A DNA stretch of 64,000 nucleotides from an uncultured virus (IMG/VR IMGVR_UViG_3300005683_000013) (IMGVR_UViG_3300005683_000013), one strand, 5' to 3'. Shown: positions 1 to 10,483, counted from the stretch's first letter. Translations and numbers: made by a program. Notes: generated by a model not told the origin, from the sequence alone.

Positions 1-533
1 AGGAGATGAAATTGTTCACGAATGATGTTTTGCACAGCCGTGTGACTCTTGACGATCTCAGCTCGTTTCTCTTCTGCTGTGATCTCGTCTCGAGTCATTG
101 CCAATGCTCGAATCGGTTCGATACCATTGAACGCAAGACCCAACGTTGTCATCTTCTGAATGATTGGAGCTGAATCAGAGAATTGTTGCAACGTCTGACG
201 ATAACTGACACACTCGAATGAGTGCGTCAACGTCAGCGTCATTGGCAAACCGTCGTCTTCCACCTTATGCCACTGCGTGGTGATACCAATCGTCAATTTG
301 ATTTCAAGATTCAGGTCATGCCACTGAAATGAGAACTCTCGCCAGGATGGAAGATATTCTTCCGGGGGCTCAAGGTAACCTTTGATTCGTTCCTGAACCA
401 CGGGTGTTAGGTTATGAAACGTGTCAGACTCGACAATGATACGATACGCCGCTGTCATTAGCGCGTTGTGATGATTTTTTGACGCACCCATTCGACATCC
501 TCCACCAAGACACATCGTTGCCATTGAAGTCAT
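1..533 (-). CDS. hypothetical protein (runs off window edge)
   Basis: Open frame from ATG 533 (GAGGAGG upstream) to window start. Confidence 0.6.
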   Translation of the reverse strand, partial: MTSMATMCLGGGCRMGASKNHHNALMTAAYRIIVESDTFHNLTPVVQERIKGYLEPPEEYLPSWREFSFQWHDLNLEIKLTIGITTQWHKVEDDGLPMTLTLTHSFECVSYRQTLQQFSDSAPIIQKMTTLGLAFNGIEPIRALAMTRDEITAEEKRAEIVKSHTAVQNIIREQFHL

Positions 534-652
534 AATATCCTCCTCTGAGAAGTCTTACACTGACACTTGCTTACCACGGAGTGTGATCTGGACCGTCACT
601 GCGATGTTGACACTGGTTCATACCATCGAGGTGGTGACGGTCCAGAGCGTCA

Positions 653-946
653 TCAGAGACCGACTCTCACCACTTTGGGATTGTCACCATCTTCATAAAT
701 GGAGAGTATGACATGTTTGGTGATAATATTGATGATGTCACGTTTCTCATCTCGTTTTACGTTAAACGGAACGTTATTTTCACAGAATGCTGTGGTGATG
801 AGGAGTTCCACGGTTTCAGGCATCAAGTCTTCTTTGATGTCAGTGACGATAAGTTCATCGCAGTCTTCCACGACATCATATTCACGTCCGAGCGCGGAGT
901 CAACCAGATCGATCACTGCGGTGGAGTATTCGTTGGAGTTCTTCAT
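653..946 (-). CDS. hypothetical protein
   Basis: ORF preceded by GTGTAA-N17-TAGAGT promoter. Confidence 0.7.
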   Translation of the reverse strand: MKNSNEYSTAVIDLVDSALGREYDVVEDCDELIVTDIKEDLMPETVELLITTAFCENNVPFNVKRDEKRDIINIITKHVILSIYEDGDNPKVVRVGL

Positions 947-955
947 TGTTTAAAG

Positions 956-984
956 ACTCTATACTTTCCGAAGTGATCTTACAC
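956..984 (-). promoter_or_regulatory. phage promoter GTGTAA-N17-TAGAGT
   Basis: Example of the recurrent motif, 9 nt upstream of ATG. Confidence 0.7.
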
Positions 985-1225
985 TAGATCTTGTCTTCGA
1001 CAGTGATGTCAGAATTTCACAGACCGAGATACTTTTTGACTTTGGGATATTTTGGGTTACTGGGACCAACAATTGCGATGTATCTGATTCGTCTACCTAC
1101 GATCTGTTGTGCAATTCCTTTCGCCTGTTGAAAGTTTGGAGCAATGAAATAATCGACGTGTCCCGCAGAGTTTGCGGTGCTGTAAATATCCATGATTCAG
1201 ACCATATCACGTTGATGATTGACTT

Positions 1226-1588
1226 TCACTTTTTGTCTGGATCGGGCTGACAGATCTCTGGCAAATGAGAGGTGAGATCTTCAGATATCATTTGCAATTC
1301 ACGCTTGATGACTTTTGCACCGTGCCGTGCCTGTTGAATAAGAATTGCATTCCGCGCCAAGTAATTGAACGTTGATACATGTCTATTACAGTCTTTGACA
1401 AGATCATCCAAATCTTGGAGCGTCGCAGCGTCGTAAGACTCACTCTTGGCGATAGAGATCATCTTGATTAACAACTGCGTATGTGCTTGATCGATTGCAA
1501 CGTTAACTTCAGCGAGGTCGGTGTGTAGATCTGTCATGTTCAATCTCTTGTTGAGATAGACTTTAAACCTCTCGATCCGGTCTTTCAC
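1226..1588 (-). CDS. hypothetical helical protein
   Basis: ORF co-oriented with neighbours. Confidence 0.6.
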   Translation of the reverse strand: MKDRIERFKVYLNKRLNMTDLHTDLAEVNVAIDQAHTQLLIKMISIAKSESYDAATLQDLDDLVKDCNRHVSTFNYLARNAILIQQARHGAKVIKRELQMISEDLTSHLPEICQPDPDKK

Positions 1589-1615
1589 CGGATCGAGGGT
1601 GTGTCGACTTGTTTT

Positions 1616-1906
1616 CTACTCCAGCTCACAAATCAGATTTTCACAAATCTGATCGACTGCCAACTTTGCCTCATGTTCATCAATGAGTGCGTCGCTGAGC
1701 AGGTGTGCATTTGCCGCAAGTTTGCTAAATGCACCAGCATGTTTTTCACATTGCTGAATGATCGTCTTGATGAGTTCTTGTGAAGGTTTGCGTTGGGCAG
1801 CAATAGACGACAATGTCTCCACAAGTTGCGTGAATCCTTCATAAACGCTGACGTTTGAGGTAGTGACAACATTTTGCACAAAAGCTTGAAGTTCGGTTGC
1901 GTCCAT
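1616..1906 (-). CDS. hypothetical protein
   Basis: AGGAG RBS; GTGTAA-N17-TATAGT upstream. Confidence 0.7.
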   Translation of the reverse strand: MDATELQAFVQNVVTTSNVSVYEGFTQLVETLSSIAAQRKPSQELIKTIIQQCEKHAGAFSKLAANAHLLSDALIDEHEAKLAVDQICENLICELE

Positions 1907-1964
1907 GGTATTTACTCCTGCTTCTATCAGTTGATTGTTAGACTATAATCTTTTTGTTTGAGTC

Positions 1965-2150
1965 TTACACTGATTTCGAGGTGTTTCGATTGTGTAAGAA
2001 CAACTCGTGATCGTCGCACTTGGGGCACATCCACGTCAGACCAACGTCAGTGAGACATGAAAGTTCATACAAATAAGCAAATCCAATTTTGCCACATTGG
2101 CACTTCACACGTTTTTTACGTTGGGTCGGGGATGCTTTGGTTTTTGCCAT
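1965..2150 (-). CDS. small zinc-ribbon-like protein
   Basis: CQCG...CPKC; promoter motif upstream. Confidence 0.55.
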   Translation of the reverse strand: MAKTKASPTQRKKRVKCQCGKIGFAYLYELSCLTDVGLTWMCPKCDDHELFLHNRNTSKSV

Positions 2151-2169
2151 TTGATGGTTTAGACTCTAC

Positions 2170-2208
2170 ATCTTTGCCGGTGAACCTTCACAATTCACCG
2201 GCAAAGAT
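2170..2208. terminator. 15-bp stem hairpin overlapping a promoter
   Basis: ATCTTTGCCGGTGAA-N9-TTCACCGGCAAAGAT. Confidence 0.5.
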
Positions 2209-2220
2209 TTAAGTGCAAAT

Positions 2221-2520
2221 TTATGCCCAGTCTGAACCGTCCCAATAATAGTAGCCTCTATCATCTACCGAAACTAACATAAATCCAGCGTAACCATGAA
2301 GTGGGGGAAGAAGTTTGGGGTCACCGGCATTTTTTGGTTGCAAGAAGAATTGTGTGTGATCTTCACTGGGATTATATTTGTTTGCATCATCACAATCTTC
2401 ATCATCCAACAACTTACACGCAACATGAGCATCATATGCTTCTGGAAACTTCACTTTCAGGTCTTGAATAGTGAGTGAAATTGACTCTTTTTTGCTGTGA
2501 TTTGCCATTGAGACTACCAT
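2221..2520 (-). CDS. hypothetical protein
   Basis: ORF track. Confidence 0.6.
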   Translation of the reverse strand: MVVSMANHSKKESISLTIQDLKVKFPEAYDAHVACKLLDDEDCDDANKYNPSEDHTQFFLQPKNAGDPKLLPPLHGYAGFMLVSVDDRGYYYWDGSDWA

Positions 2521-2543
2521 AAATCTATGGCTTTAAAGGTTCA

Positions 2544-2861
2544 CTAAATGTTGCCACGAACTGTCGCACGACCAGTTGCACTATCGATGCCGCATCCACC
2601 ATACGTGGGAGTGCTTCCTGGCCCGTACCACCTGTCATGAGATGACGTTGAGAACCCTCTTACGATACGTGGTGGCACTCGCTGTGCAAGTGTAAGTCCG
2701 TAAGATAACAACTCTTCTCTGACAACTTTTTGAGACTTGCGAAGTGAATAACACAAGACGGTGAGATCGTTATGATCGTAACTCGTCTTCTCCTCGTCAT
2801 AGCAATATTGCACAAAACTCTCAATGTTTTTGTGTTCTGCGTCGACGGTGATGTGTTCCAT
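2544..2861 (-). CDS. hypothetical protein
   Basis: GTGAAA-N17-TACATT-7nt-ATG. Confidence 0.7.
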   Translation of the reverse strand: MEHITVDAEHKNIESFVQYCYDEEKTSYDHNDLTVLCYSLRKSQKVVREELLSYGLTLAQRVPPRIVRGFSTSSHDRWYGPGSTPTYGGCGIDSATGRATVRGNI

Positions 2862-3013
2862 GATTTAGAATGTATCACCAAGCCCAGCGATTTTCACAAC
2901 ACCGAGATTGACGCAGAGTGTGATCTCGTCGCTTTTCGAAAATTGGACAGATGAAACCACATCGAACACAGAAAGTGTCCCGTGACACACCCAGCATCAC
3001 GGGACACCATTGC

Positions 3014-3529
3014 TCAATGCTCTGTTGCTACCTTGGCGTAGTGTGCTTTTGCAGCGTTTAACACTTGCAACCGGCGAGCACTCTGTGAATTTTCAATGGC
3101 GTATTTGATATCATTATCAATGATTTGAAGAACTTCTACGTAAAACTCGTGAGATGGCCATTCAACTGCAATGGCATCATACTTGGTTTTGTCAAAATTT
3201 GCACAATCAAATTCGGTTTCGTGAGCTTCTTCAAAATCAATCCATGTGAACTTTTTCACATATTTTGAAGCTCGCTCGATATCTAACTGTGCAATAGTGG
3301 TTTCTGCTCCGTGAATGTTTTTGTAGATCGCAAGAATCTCACCGTAAGCTATGGCGTACACAAAGTCATCGCGATCAAAGACTGGCACGCCAACAGCAAC
3401 GAGTTCTGCTTTGGGAATTTCACCTACACAACCTCGAGCGTGCTCACCACAACAATAAATCTCATAATCATCGATAAGATCACTGATGGGTTTGTAAAGC
3501 ACCTTGGTGTCTGTCATGGTTTGCTCCAT
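3014..3529 (-). CDS. hypothetical protein
   Basis: Start re-called at MEQT after GTGTAA-N17-TATGGT. Confidence 0.7.
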   Translation of the reverse strand: MEQTMTDTKVLYKPISDLIDDYEIYCCGEHARGCVGEIPKAELVAVGVPVFDRDDFVYAIAYGEILAIYKNIHGAETTIAQLDIERASKYVKKFTWIDFEEAHETEFDCANFDKTKYDAIAVEWPSHEFYVEVLQIIDNDIKYAIENSQSARRLQVLNAAKAHYAKVATEH

Positions 3530-3742
3530 TGAGATGGACCATATCACTGGCTCAATAATCTTACACAACATTTTTGTTGTATGACGATGTAAGTGTCATC
3601 AAGCCATAACATACTGTTATCATAGAATCGAAATTGACGCCTCGTGAGTTTATCACACAGTCGTAAAGATAATTCTTGACTCGGAGTTCAAGATCACATA
3701 CGATAGATATCCACCACACACCCGACGATGAACAACTGTGAA

Positions 3743-4009
3743 TCAGTCAGTTTCACTGCATGGGCAAGATCGGCGGCCGAGGGGCACGGTTTCAATAATG
3801 ATCTCAGCCTTGCTGACTGCGTTGATTTTGTTGGAAAGAGACTTGATTGCATTGATCCGATCTTCCATCGTTTCAATCGGAGTTTCACGATCTCGATCGA
3901 AGTCACGATTGGAGACGTCGGTGAAACCGACTTCTTTCAAGAAGATGTTGATCAATTGTGCAACAGTGGTCTTGCCTTCAGCGACTTCACCATAGATAAT
4001 GATTTTCAT
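3743..4009 (-). CDS. small protein with P-loop-like motif
   Basis: IIIYGEVAEGKTT. Confidence 0.5.
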   Translation of the reverse strand: MKIIIYGEVAEGKTTVAQLINIFLKEVGFTDVSNRDFDRDRETPIETMEDRINAIKSLSNKINAVSKAEIIIETVPLGRRSCPCSETD

Positions 4010-4461
4010 TGAAAACTCACCGTAATTTGATGTTTGTTGGTGTGGTGTGAATTTGTTGAGGCGGCCAAAATTGCGGCGCCAAGGACAAGACCGAGAATCA
4101 GTTCGTTAAGAATTCTCCTCATGTTTTCTCCTGAAACCAGTTTACACCGTGTTCAGAAAATGTTCACTTACTTCAATAACTCTCTGCACTTATGACACGT
4201 GACTCTCGGGGCGCTTGTGGTGTAATTGGGACTCTCCACACCACATAACGATCGTAAAATCCAACAAGCATAATAGTGCACCACAAGTTTCATCTTTGCT
4301 GGGTTTTTCTTTGACCGTTTCTTCATTGTAGAAATACAATAAACCGTCGTGTTGGCACTTTCATCACCAACAACAATGAAAGTGCCAAACAGATAAGTTA
4401 CGATGAAAAATGAATTGTAACGACAGTGTAATTATACCGTGGTTACAATTACCCGTTTATC

Positions 4462-4689
4462 TTAGACTTTCTGTTTTCCATCAATCACTTCAATTGGAAA
4501 GTTGTTGAAATGAATTTTCGCGTAGGCCTCGCCTTCACCCTTCGCAGTCGTGAACTTTGCGATCAACGGATACGTAGAAAGGAATTGACTGTACGTCCCA
4601 GGTCCGTCAAGCTCGACATGAATGTGATCCTCACTCTGAACGTTCTTGATCACGACAACTCGCACCACATTGAACGGAAAGTTTGACAT
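4462..4689 (-). CDS. hypothetical protein
   Basis: AGGAG RBS before MSNF. Confidence 0.6.
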   Translation of the reverse strand: MSNFPFNVVRVVVIKNVQSEDHIHVELDGPGTYSQFLSTYPLIAKFTTAKGEGEAYAKIHFNNFPIEVIDGKQKV

Positions 4690-4743
4690 TGATTTCTCCT
4701 GAAACATCTTTGGGGGGTTTATGTTCAGTGTTGGATCAGATCG

Positions 4744-4944
4744 TTATTGCCGATTTTTCAAAAAGTCAGCAAGCTTACCGATGTCTGCAAAGACGATTCC
4801 ATTTGCGATGCAGTTCTCATAGAAAATGTAACTGCAAGGGTTGATGATGACTGATTCTCGTCGTCGGCTCCACCAGTGACCACCTCGATGGACAAACCCA
4901 AACTCTTTGAGGGTCGTCTTTTCTTTCAAGCTGACGTTTGTCAT
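4744..4944 (-). CDS. hypothetical protein, paralog of 5740..5928
   Basis: Shared FGFxHRxGxWW and GIxFxxIxKL. Confidence 0.7.
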   Translation of the reverse strand: MTNVSLKEKTTLKEFGFVHRGGHWWSRRRESVIINPCSYIFYENCIANGIVFADIGKLADFLKNRQ

Positions 4945-5213
4945 TAAGAAGACCTTACCTCACCCCTCTGTTCAGTTTCACATCACTGTCTGGGTGGTTG
5001 TGCCTCAATCAACAATTCAAGAGTCAAATTACCACGACCTCAAGAAAATTACACAGAGAAAATGATGAAAGTTTGTTATGACGTGTTGTCATAGCGTTGA
5101 TTGACAATCATGACATGACGCATCAATAATTGTGTCAGTTAAACACAACGAGAGAGATGGAATTAACCATCTCCCTCAAATTGCCCTCGAGTGGGCTCTC
5201 GATTATTTTCGAA

Positions 5214-5735
5214 TCAGAGCACTGGAATAGCCAAAGAATTATCCACATCCATCAGAGGGTGCTGGCTGGGTCGCCACCAGGACCTGTAAAGACACACATT
5301 CCAGTGTCGAGGAAGAGGTTGTTTCATGTTCTCCGCCATGCGAGCCCACGAATGTCTCGGAACGTTATGTGTTTGTCGAGAGAACGCAATTTCGGGATCA
5401 CAAACAACCTCAGCAACCCTGACATCAGCTCCGTAATAGTTTGCGACCACGTAATAAGGAGCGATTTCGTATGCCTGCGTGTTGGTGTTGTCAACAACGA
5501 TCAAATCGAATTGAGCTCGAGGAACATAACTTGCGAATTGCCGATAACAGGCGTCGTGAGCATCTCCCAGTTCTGTCGGATTGAATTTGTAAGACCCATC
5601 AAAGTCGACAAAATAATTGTCAGCCGAAACGATGACGTTATGAAACTTGTCTCGCGCAACGTTCGCGTCAACAAGCTGACGAGCATAGTGACTCTTTCCA
5701 CTTCCCGGAAGACCACGCAAGATGACAACTTCCAT
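5214..5735 (-). CDS. P-loop polynucleotide kinase-like protein (AAA_33 / N4BP2-like)
   Basis: LRGLPGSGKS, SAD, VVDNTN, RQTHNVP. Confidence 0.8.
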   Translation of the reverse strand: MEVVILRGLPGSGKSHYARQLVDANVARDKFHNVIVSADNYFVDFDGSYKFNPTELGDAHDACYRQFASYVPRAQFDLIVVDNTNTQAYEIAPYYVVANYYGADVRVAEVVCDPEIAFSRQTHNVPRHSWARMAENMKQPLPRHWNVCLYRSWWRPSQHPLMDVDNSLAIPVL

Positions 5736-5739
5736 GTGA

Positions 5740-5928
5740 TCACCTCTTTTCGAGATACGATTCGAGTTTGTGAATGTTATCGAATTCAATTCCAATGCTC
5801 TGATTGTTCGGAAAGTATGTGTACGTTCCGTAACCAATCATGATCAGTTCGTGACCACACCTCCACCACATACCATCACGATGAAAGAAACCAAACTTGT
5901 TGAGTGTTCCTTCAATTTCGTTCGGCAT
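5740..5928 (-). CDS. hypothetical protein, paralog of 4744..4944
   Basis: Sequence similarity. Confidence 0.7.
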   Translation of the reverse strand: MPNEIEGTLNKFGFFHRDGMWWRCGHELIMIGYGTYTYFPNNQSIGIEFDNIHKLESYLEKR

Positions 5929-5937
5929 GAGAAGACT

Positions 5938-6555
5938 CTATACTTTCTTGCACACATATTCATCAGGCTCTTCGTCATAGCCGACTTTTGACGACAACGC
6001 AGCGCTCTTGACGTTTTCAGCAGATTGCAACAGAGAATGATACTCGACAAGACTTTGAAGCTTTTTGAAGCTTTCAGCTACAGGTTGAACGATGTCATAC
6101 AACGTGCAGACAGTCTTGCAATCAGGCGTTGTCATTGCAAACAATCGATTGATTTCTTCGTCAAGCTTTTTGACATCAATGCTAACGTTTTGCGCTTTGA
6201 CCTCTTGCGTTTCGACAACTTCAGGTCGAGACAAAGAAATCATCAACCATTCAGTGAAATGTCTGACAACTCCCGGTGCCGCGTCAACCCCCCATTTCCC
6301 AGGTGTCACAACATACCACTTGAGTAGCTTGACATCATTTGCATTTTCAAACGAAATCAACTGAACTAATTCTTTCGGTGAACTCTCGGTGACAAATGAA
6401 ACGTAATTAGCGATTACAGTATTTCTTTCATAAATGCCTCTTGCTGGCAATCCTGAAAGCTTCACGAGTTCCTTGTATGTCGCAAAAACAAACGGTGTAG
6501 CTTCGCTTGGCTTACACGATGGCGCGTCGATGAGCAATGATACGAACTTTTTCAT
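5938..6555 (-). CDS. hypothetical protein
   Basis: 205-aa ORF with AAGGA RBS. Confidence 0.7.
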   Translation of the reverse strand: MKKFVSLLIDAPSCKPSEATPFVFATYKELVKLSGLPARGIYERNTVIANYVSFVTESSPKELVQLISFENANDVKLLKWYVVTPGKWGVDAAPGVVRHFTEWLMISLSRPEVVETQEVKAQNVSIDVKKLDEEINRLFAMTTPDCKTVCTLYDIVQPVAESFKKLQSLVEYHSLLQSAENVKSAALSSKVGYDEEPDEYVCKKV

Positions 6556-6595
6556 GTTGTTTCCTTTGTTACAGAGACAGTCTACAACAACGACA

Positions 6596-7054
6596 TCAAA
6601 GTTTCACTCGGAGATGAGTGATCTTTGGAAGAAGATCGTCACTAAAATCAACGTACTTCCTGATAAAATCAGCCGACACTACGCCATGAACTTTGTCAAC
6701 GGAGTAACCAACGTATTGTGCTTCAAACGGTGAGACGTCGAGGTGCGGCAAATTGTTGGATAGAAACCTTTTGCACTCCTCAAACGTCTTGAGACAAAAT
6801 TTGTTGTCGACTGGATGGGTCGTCAACAAGTCAACGATGCATCGAGCGAGCTTTCGTTGCGTCTCAACTAGATTAAGTTGAGGAAGTTTGTCGTTTGTCC
6901 TGTCTTTTTTCGAGATTCGAGAGACAAACCAATACAACCACCCAAGGTTGTTTGTCGACAACCACGCACTTTCAAAGTCTTCGCCAAACCGTTCGACCCA
7001 CGTTCTTGATGCCTTGCAAGCATCCAGTTGACGCATCAAGGCGAAGACACTCAT
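6596..7054 (-). CDS. hypothetical protein
   Basis: ATGA-coupled to upstream gene. Confidence 0.7.
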   Translation of the reverse strand: MSVFALMRQLDACKASRTWVERFGEDFESAWLSTNNLGWLYWFVSRISKKDRTNDKLPQLNLVETQRKLARCIVDLLTTHPVDNKFCLKTFEECKRFLSNNLPHLDVSPFEAQYVGYSVDKVHGVVSADFIRKYVDFSDDLLPKITHLRVKL

Positions 7055-7452
7055 GGCTCTTGTTCCAAGAGGCAGATCAACGCCACTTCAATCGTGCTGT
7101 CGCCAAGAATGTCTGATAGTTTTCGTGCATACTCCAGTTCGATAGCAGCAGTCTTTAGATTGTAAATTTTGAATGCAGCATATGCATGTTCGATGTGGTG
7201 TTTTGCGAGCCGAGCGAGGTTGATCGGAATTGCTGACTTATGTTTCAATTCGATGTCTTTAAGACGAACGTTCACGTCAGTAACAAGTTTTTCCCATTGG
7301 TTTCGTCGATCTCGGAATTGTGAAATTTTCGTCTCGGTGTATTGTTCGATCTCGTCAGCGACGCATTCGATAGCGTATTCGTAAGATTCACGAGTCGCAA
7401 TGTGAACCATCATCTTGGCAAAATCCTTGTAAGGTTCCAGTTTGGTGTTCAT
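7051..7452 (-). CDS. hypothetical protein
   Basis: GTGTAA-N17-TAAGGT-7nt-ATG. Confidence 0.7.
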   Translation of the reverse strand: MNTKLEPYKDFAKMMVHIATRESYEYAIECVADEIEQYTETKISQFRDRRNQWEKLVTDVNVRLKDIELKHKSAIPINLARLAKHHIEHAYAAFKIYNLKTAAIELEYARKLSDILGDSTIEVALICLLEQEP

Positions 7453-7583
7453 GAATCAGACCTTATCCTTTGTTGGGTTCAATTACACAAACGTCATCAG
7501 ATTGTAAGTTGAGGTTCAAAAAACACTTTTGCGTCTTCTTTACGTGCAAGTTCCAACAATTCGTTAGAATCGACAGAGATTAG

Positions 7584-7922
7584 CTAGGCGATCTTCTTGA
7601 GATGTTCCATGAGAGCAACAACTTTTTTTGCAAGAATTTGATCGTTCTGTCTGTTGGCAGATTGTTTATCCAACAAGACACCAAGAGCCAAAGAACCAAG
7701 TGATTCCTTGGTGAGTTGCACGAAATAACTTCCGTCTTCTGCTTTCACACAAGTGTTGTTAGTGAACGACCACTGATCATAAAGATCGAACAGATCACGT
7801 AAGCAGACAAAAACACATTTTTCGTCTTTTGTCCAACGAGTGGCACAACAACCTGACGACAGGGTAAAAATCAAGCCCAACGCAGTGACATTTGCGAGTT
7901 CAACGTTGTGTTTCATTGACAT
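7584..7922 (-). CDS. hypothetical protein
   Basis: ORF with promoter motif upstream; start re-called. Confidence 0.6.
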   Translation of the reverse strand: MSMKHNVELANVTALGLIFTLSSGCCATRWTKDEKCVFVCLRDLFDLYDQWSFTNNTCVKAEDGSYFVQLTKESLGSLALGVLLDKQSANRQNDQILAKKVVALMEHLKKIA

Positions 7923-7953
7923 TCCCCTTTGCAGTGCAACTAAGAACAACTTA

Positions 7954-8532
7954 TCACTTGTTGGGCTCAATTACACAAACGTTGTCGGTTGACGTCCAGT
8001 GAACTTTTCCGTCAGAATCTTTGATTCCACACTTCTGACCCCATTCATTGACTGAGAAGCCAACAACAGTGCCTTTCGTTCCAATTTTCACCTTTCGACC
8101 CTTTTTCACCTCGACGATCGAACCCTTCTTCAATTGGTATTGAGATTCAAGTTCATTAATTCGTTGGGAGACAATTGCAATGAGAATATTGATCGGTTCG
8201 ATGACGCCAACGTATTGACCGTTTTCCAACATAGGATTTGCCAATCCACGATTGGAATCATACTTGCTGTAATATGATGCGTCAAGTCCGACAGTGTTTG
8301 CGGTGCAATTCTCTGCCGGACACTTTCCGTACTCAGCATAACATGCCGTTATCGAATCCATTGTGTCCCAGACGACAACCCATCCACGGCCACCACACTT
8401 CGTGCATCCACCGTTGTTGATCCACACGTCGTGGATGGACTTTTTGACAATTACGAGAGATTCGGTCTTCATCTTCTGGAGAGAAGCCAACAGAACATGC
8501 TCTTTGACGACAATGTCATTGTTGAGTGCCAT
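7954..8532 (-). CDS. protein with CxxCxGxG zinc motif and C-terminal KOW/SH3-like domain
   Basis: CTKCGGRG; KGSIVEVKKGRKVKIGTKGTVV...DGKVHWT; GGAGG RBS. Confidence 0.65.
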   Translation of the reverse strand: MALNNDIVVKEHVLLASLQKMKTESLVIVKKSIHDVWINNGGCTKCGGRGWVVVWDTMDSITACYAEYGKCPAENCTANTVGLDASYYSKYDSNRGLANPMLENGQYVGVIEPINILIAIVSQRINELESQYQLKKGSIVEVKKGRKVKIGTKGTVVGFSVNEWGQKCGIKDSDGKVHWTSTDNVCVIEPNK

Positions 8533-8588
8533 GACTCCCTCCAGAAGTGTTGAATTGAGAATCAGTCTAACATGATCGTGTCAAAGGT

Positions 8589-8846
8589 TCACTGTGACAG
8601 ACGCCAATGAGTCAGACCGTCCTCTGATTCCAGAGCAGTACCGATGACACTTACACCACGTTGAATCCCGAACTCAGTGTCAATTTCATGATCAAGCAGG
8701 ACGATGTACCCAAACACGACATGCATGAAAGACACACCGATGACAGTTCCAGTCACAGCTTCTGGCCTGACATATCCCGCTTGAATTTTCACTCGAGTTC
8801 CCATCGGGACAGGCTTGTGCAACGAAGGTTCCATTGGCTTGTTCAT
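8589..8846 (-). CDS. small KOW/SH3-like protein
   Basis: GTRVKI...GTVIG...YIVLLD; leaderless promoter. Confidence 0.6.
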   Translation of the reverse strand: MNKPMEPSLHKPVPMGTRVKIQAGYVRPEAVTGTVIGVSFMHVVFGYIVLLDHEIDTEFGIQRGVSVIGTALESEDGLTHWRLSQ

Positions 8847-8953
8847 GAAACAGACTTTACCCCCGTTCACAGGAAAGGTCACAGAAAATTTGTTGAGCCG
8901 TTACAACACAGGGTGCAGTATCCAACACACAAATTATAGAAGCGATTCTGGGG

Positions 8954-9346
8954 TCACTGGTAAGAGATTGGCAATGGAGCATATAACTCCTCATTGCATA
9001 GGATGACGCCGCGTTCACCTAACTTCATCTCGCCCCAGTGCCATGCTAACGTGACTCCCTTAAGCGGTTGAGAAACCTCAGTTCCACCGTCTGGGAACCA
9101 TACCTGACACAACCACATCATTGATTTCTTGTTCGTTAGGTGTGGCTGCAACTTGCGAGTTAGTTTTATTGCGTAGTTGAGAACGATGTCTTCGACGACA
9201 GCGTCCTTTGGAAAGAAGAGATTTCCTGATGGACGAACCTGATAGATGTATTTTCGTGACAAGTCCTTATCGTCTCTGGGACCCGTCATTGACGGTATTT
9301 CTGCGACAGCTCGTAATCGAGCCAAGTATTTGTCTTCAATCTTCAT
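8954..9346 (-). CDS. hypothetical protein
   Basis: ORF track, coupled. Confidence 0.6.
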   Translation of the reverse strand: MKIEDKYLARLRAVAEIPSMTGPRDDKDLSRKYIYQVRPSGNLFFPKDAVVEDIVLNYAIKLTRKLQPHLTNKKSMMWLCQVWFPDGGTEVSQPLKGVTLAWHWGEMKLGERGVILCNEELYAPLPISYQ

Positions 9347-9672
9347 AAGGCTCCTGTTACCAACATCCAGATCCTAAACCACAGTCTTCCACGCCAAGAA
9401 CCTGACCTGTCCTTGTAAACATATTGCGTGTAATTATTCAAGATCAATTCAATTTCAGTCGGAGACAACGAACCACGAGGCAAAAATTCATATGACGAAA
9501 ATTTGCCATTGCCGTTGACAAGACATCTCCATAAAGAATAACGCATAAAAGAAGGATTAAATAGTGCGATAACTGTTGATTTTTGTGCCTTCCAGCGTAA
9601 ACCATCGTTAAACGTTTTTCGTGTTGCTGCGTCGATGCCCTTATACAGATCAATTTGCATTAGGATCACCAC
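9343..9672 (-). CDS. hypothetical protein
   Basis: ORF track, coupled. Confidence 0.55.
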   Translation of the reverse strand: MVILMQIDLYKGIDAATRKTFNDGLRWKAQKSTVIALFNPSFMRYSLWRCLVNGNGKFSSYEFLPRGSLSPTEIELILNNYTQYVYKDRSGSWRGRLWFRIWMLVTGAL

Positions 9673-9901
9673 AACAAAGGTTGACTTGTTTCCTGTTGAC
9701 TTCTAAACATCCGTCAATTCGAACAAACATGTCCGACAATCCTTCCAATGCTCCGTCAGTCCATATGAACCCATCTGAGTCAAGATACCAATTTGATCTT
9801 CGGGTGTCAATGAATGGAAATTTTTCCTCAAACGCATCAAACAGACCTGTAAATAGCACTCTTGCAGTCATTTCATTGATGATAACAAGGTTCAATTTCA
9901 T
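9650..9901 (-). CDS. hypothetical protein
   Basis: ORF track. Confidence 0.55.
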   Translation of the reverse strand: MKLNLVIINEMTARVLFTGLFDAFEEKFPFIDTRRSNWYLDSDGFIWTDGALEGLSDMFVRIDGCLEVNRKQVNLCCGDPNAN

Positions 9902-10004
9902 AGGTTAATGTTATCATCACATGTGTCACAAGTACACTTTGTTGAGTGTAACTATTTTGTACAAGATCATCTTGTACAAAATAGTTACTTTAATTGAGAA
10001 GAAA

Positions 10005-10271
10005 ATGGCAAGAGCAGCTGTCGTAAAAATCGTATACGTCGAGGACATAATCAGAGTGATGTCTGTCATCCGTCTATATGACGATGACGATGGTCATGAG
10101 AAAGCATTGGCGTTTGTCAGACAAAACTTGGTCATTCCCAAAGATGTCTCTTGTAGGACAGAGTTGCTAATATGCGACATCGATCATGAAGTTATCATCC
10201 CAAAGCCTGTGCCGAAATCAGGAATTTCTCACGTTAGAATGAAAGCTATTAGAACTCAAAAAGCTGGATAG
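10005..10271 (+). CDS. hypothetical protein
   Basis: ORF filling a gap; start re-called at MARA. Confidence 0.5.
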   Translation: MARAAVVKIVYVEDIIRVMSVIRLYDDDDGHEKALAFVRQNLVIPKDVSCRTELLICDIDHEVIIPKPVPKSGISHVRMKAIRTQKAG

Positions 10272-10297
10272 CCAGAAGGCTGAGAGAAATGAACCTC

Positions 10298-10483
10298 TCA
10301 GCCTTCAAACATTGTTATTGATGTATCTCTGAAGTACACTCGTGTGCTGTGTTTTAGATAAATTACGATCGTTTCTTCGTCAGGGTCACCTTCAACAGAG
10401 ATAACCATATCAACGATAGGTTGTTTTTTGAACCAAACTCTTATCAAATCACCAGGAACTAGATCTTTAGCTAGTTTTTTCAT
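10298..10483 (-). CDS. small beta-barrel-like protein
   Basis: AKDLVPGDLIRV. Confidence 0.55.
   Translation of the reverse strand: MKKLAKDLVPGDLIRVWFKKQPIVDMVISVEGDPDEETIVIYLKHSTRVYFRDTSITMFEG

Noticed and set aside
5130..5843. 237-aa plus-strand ORF and similar antisense ORFs (e.g. 19702..20283, 52616..53149)
   Set aside because: These are shadows of well-supported genes on the opposite strand.
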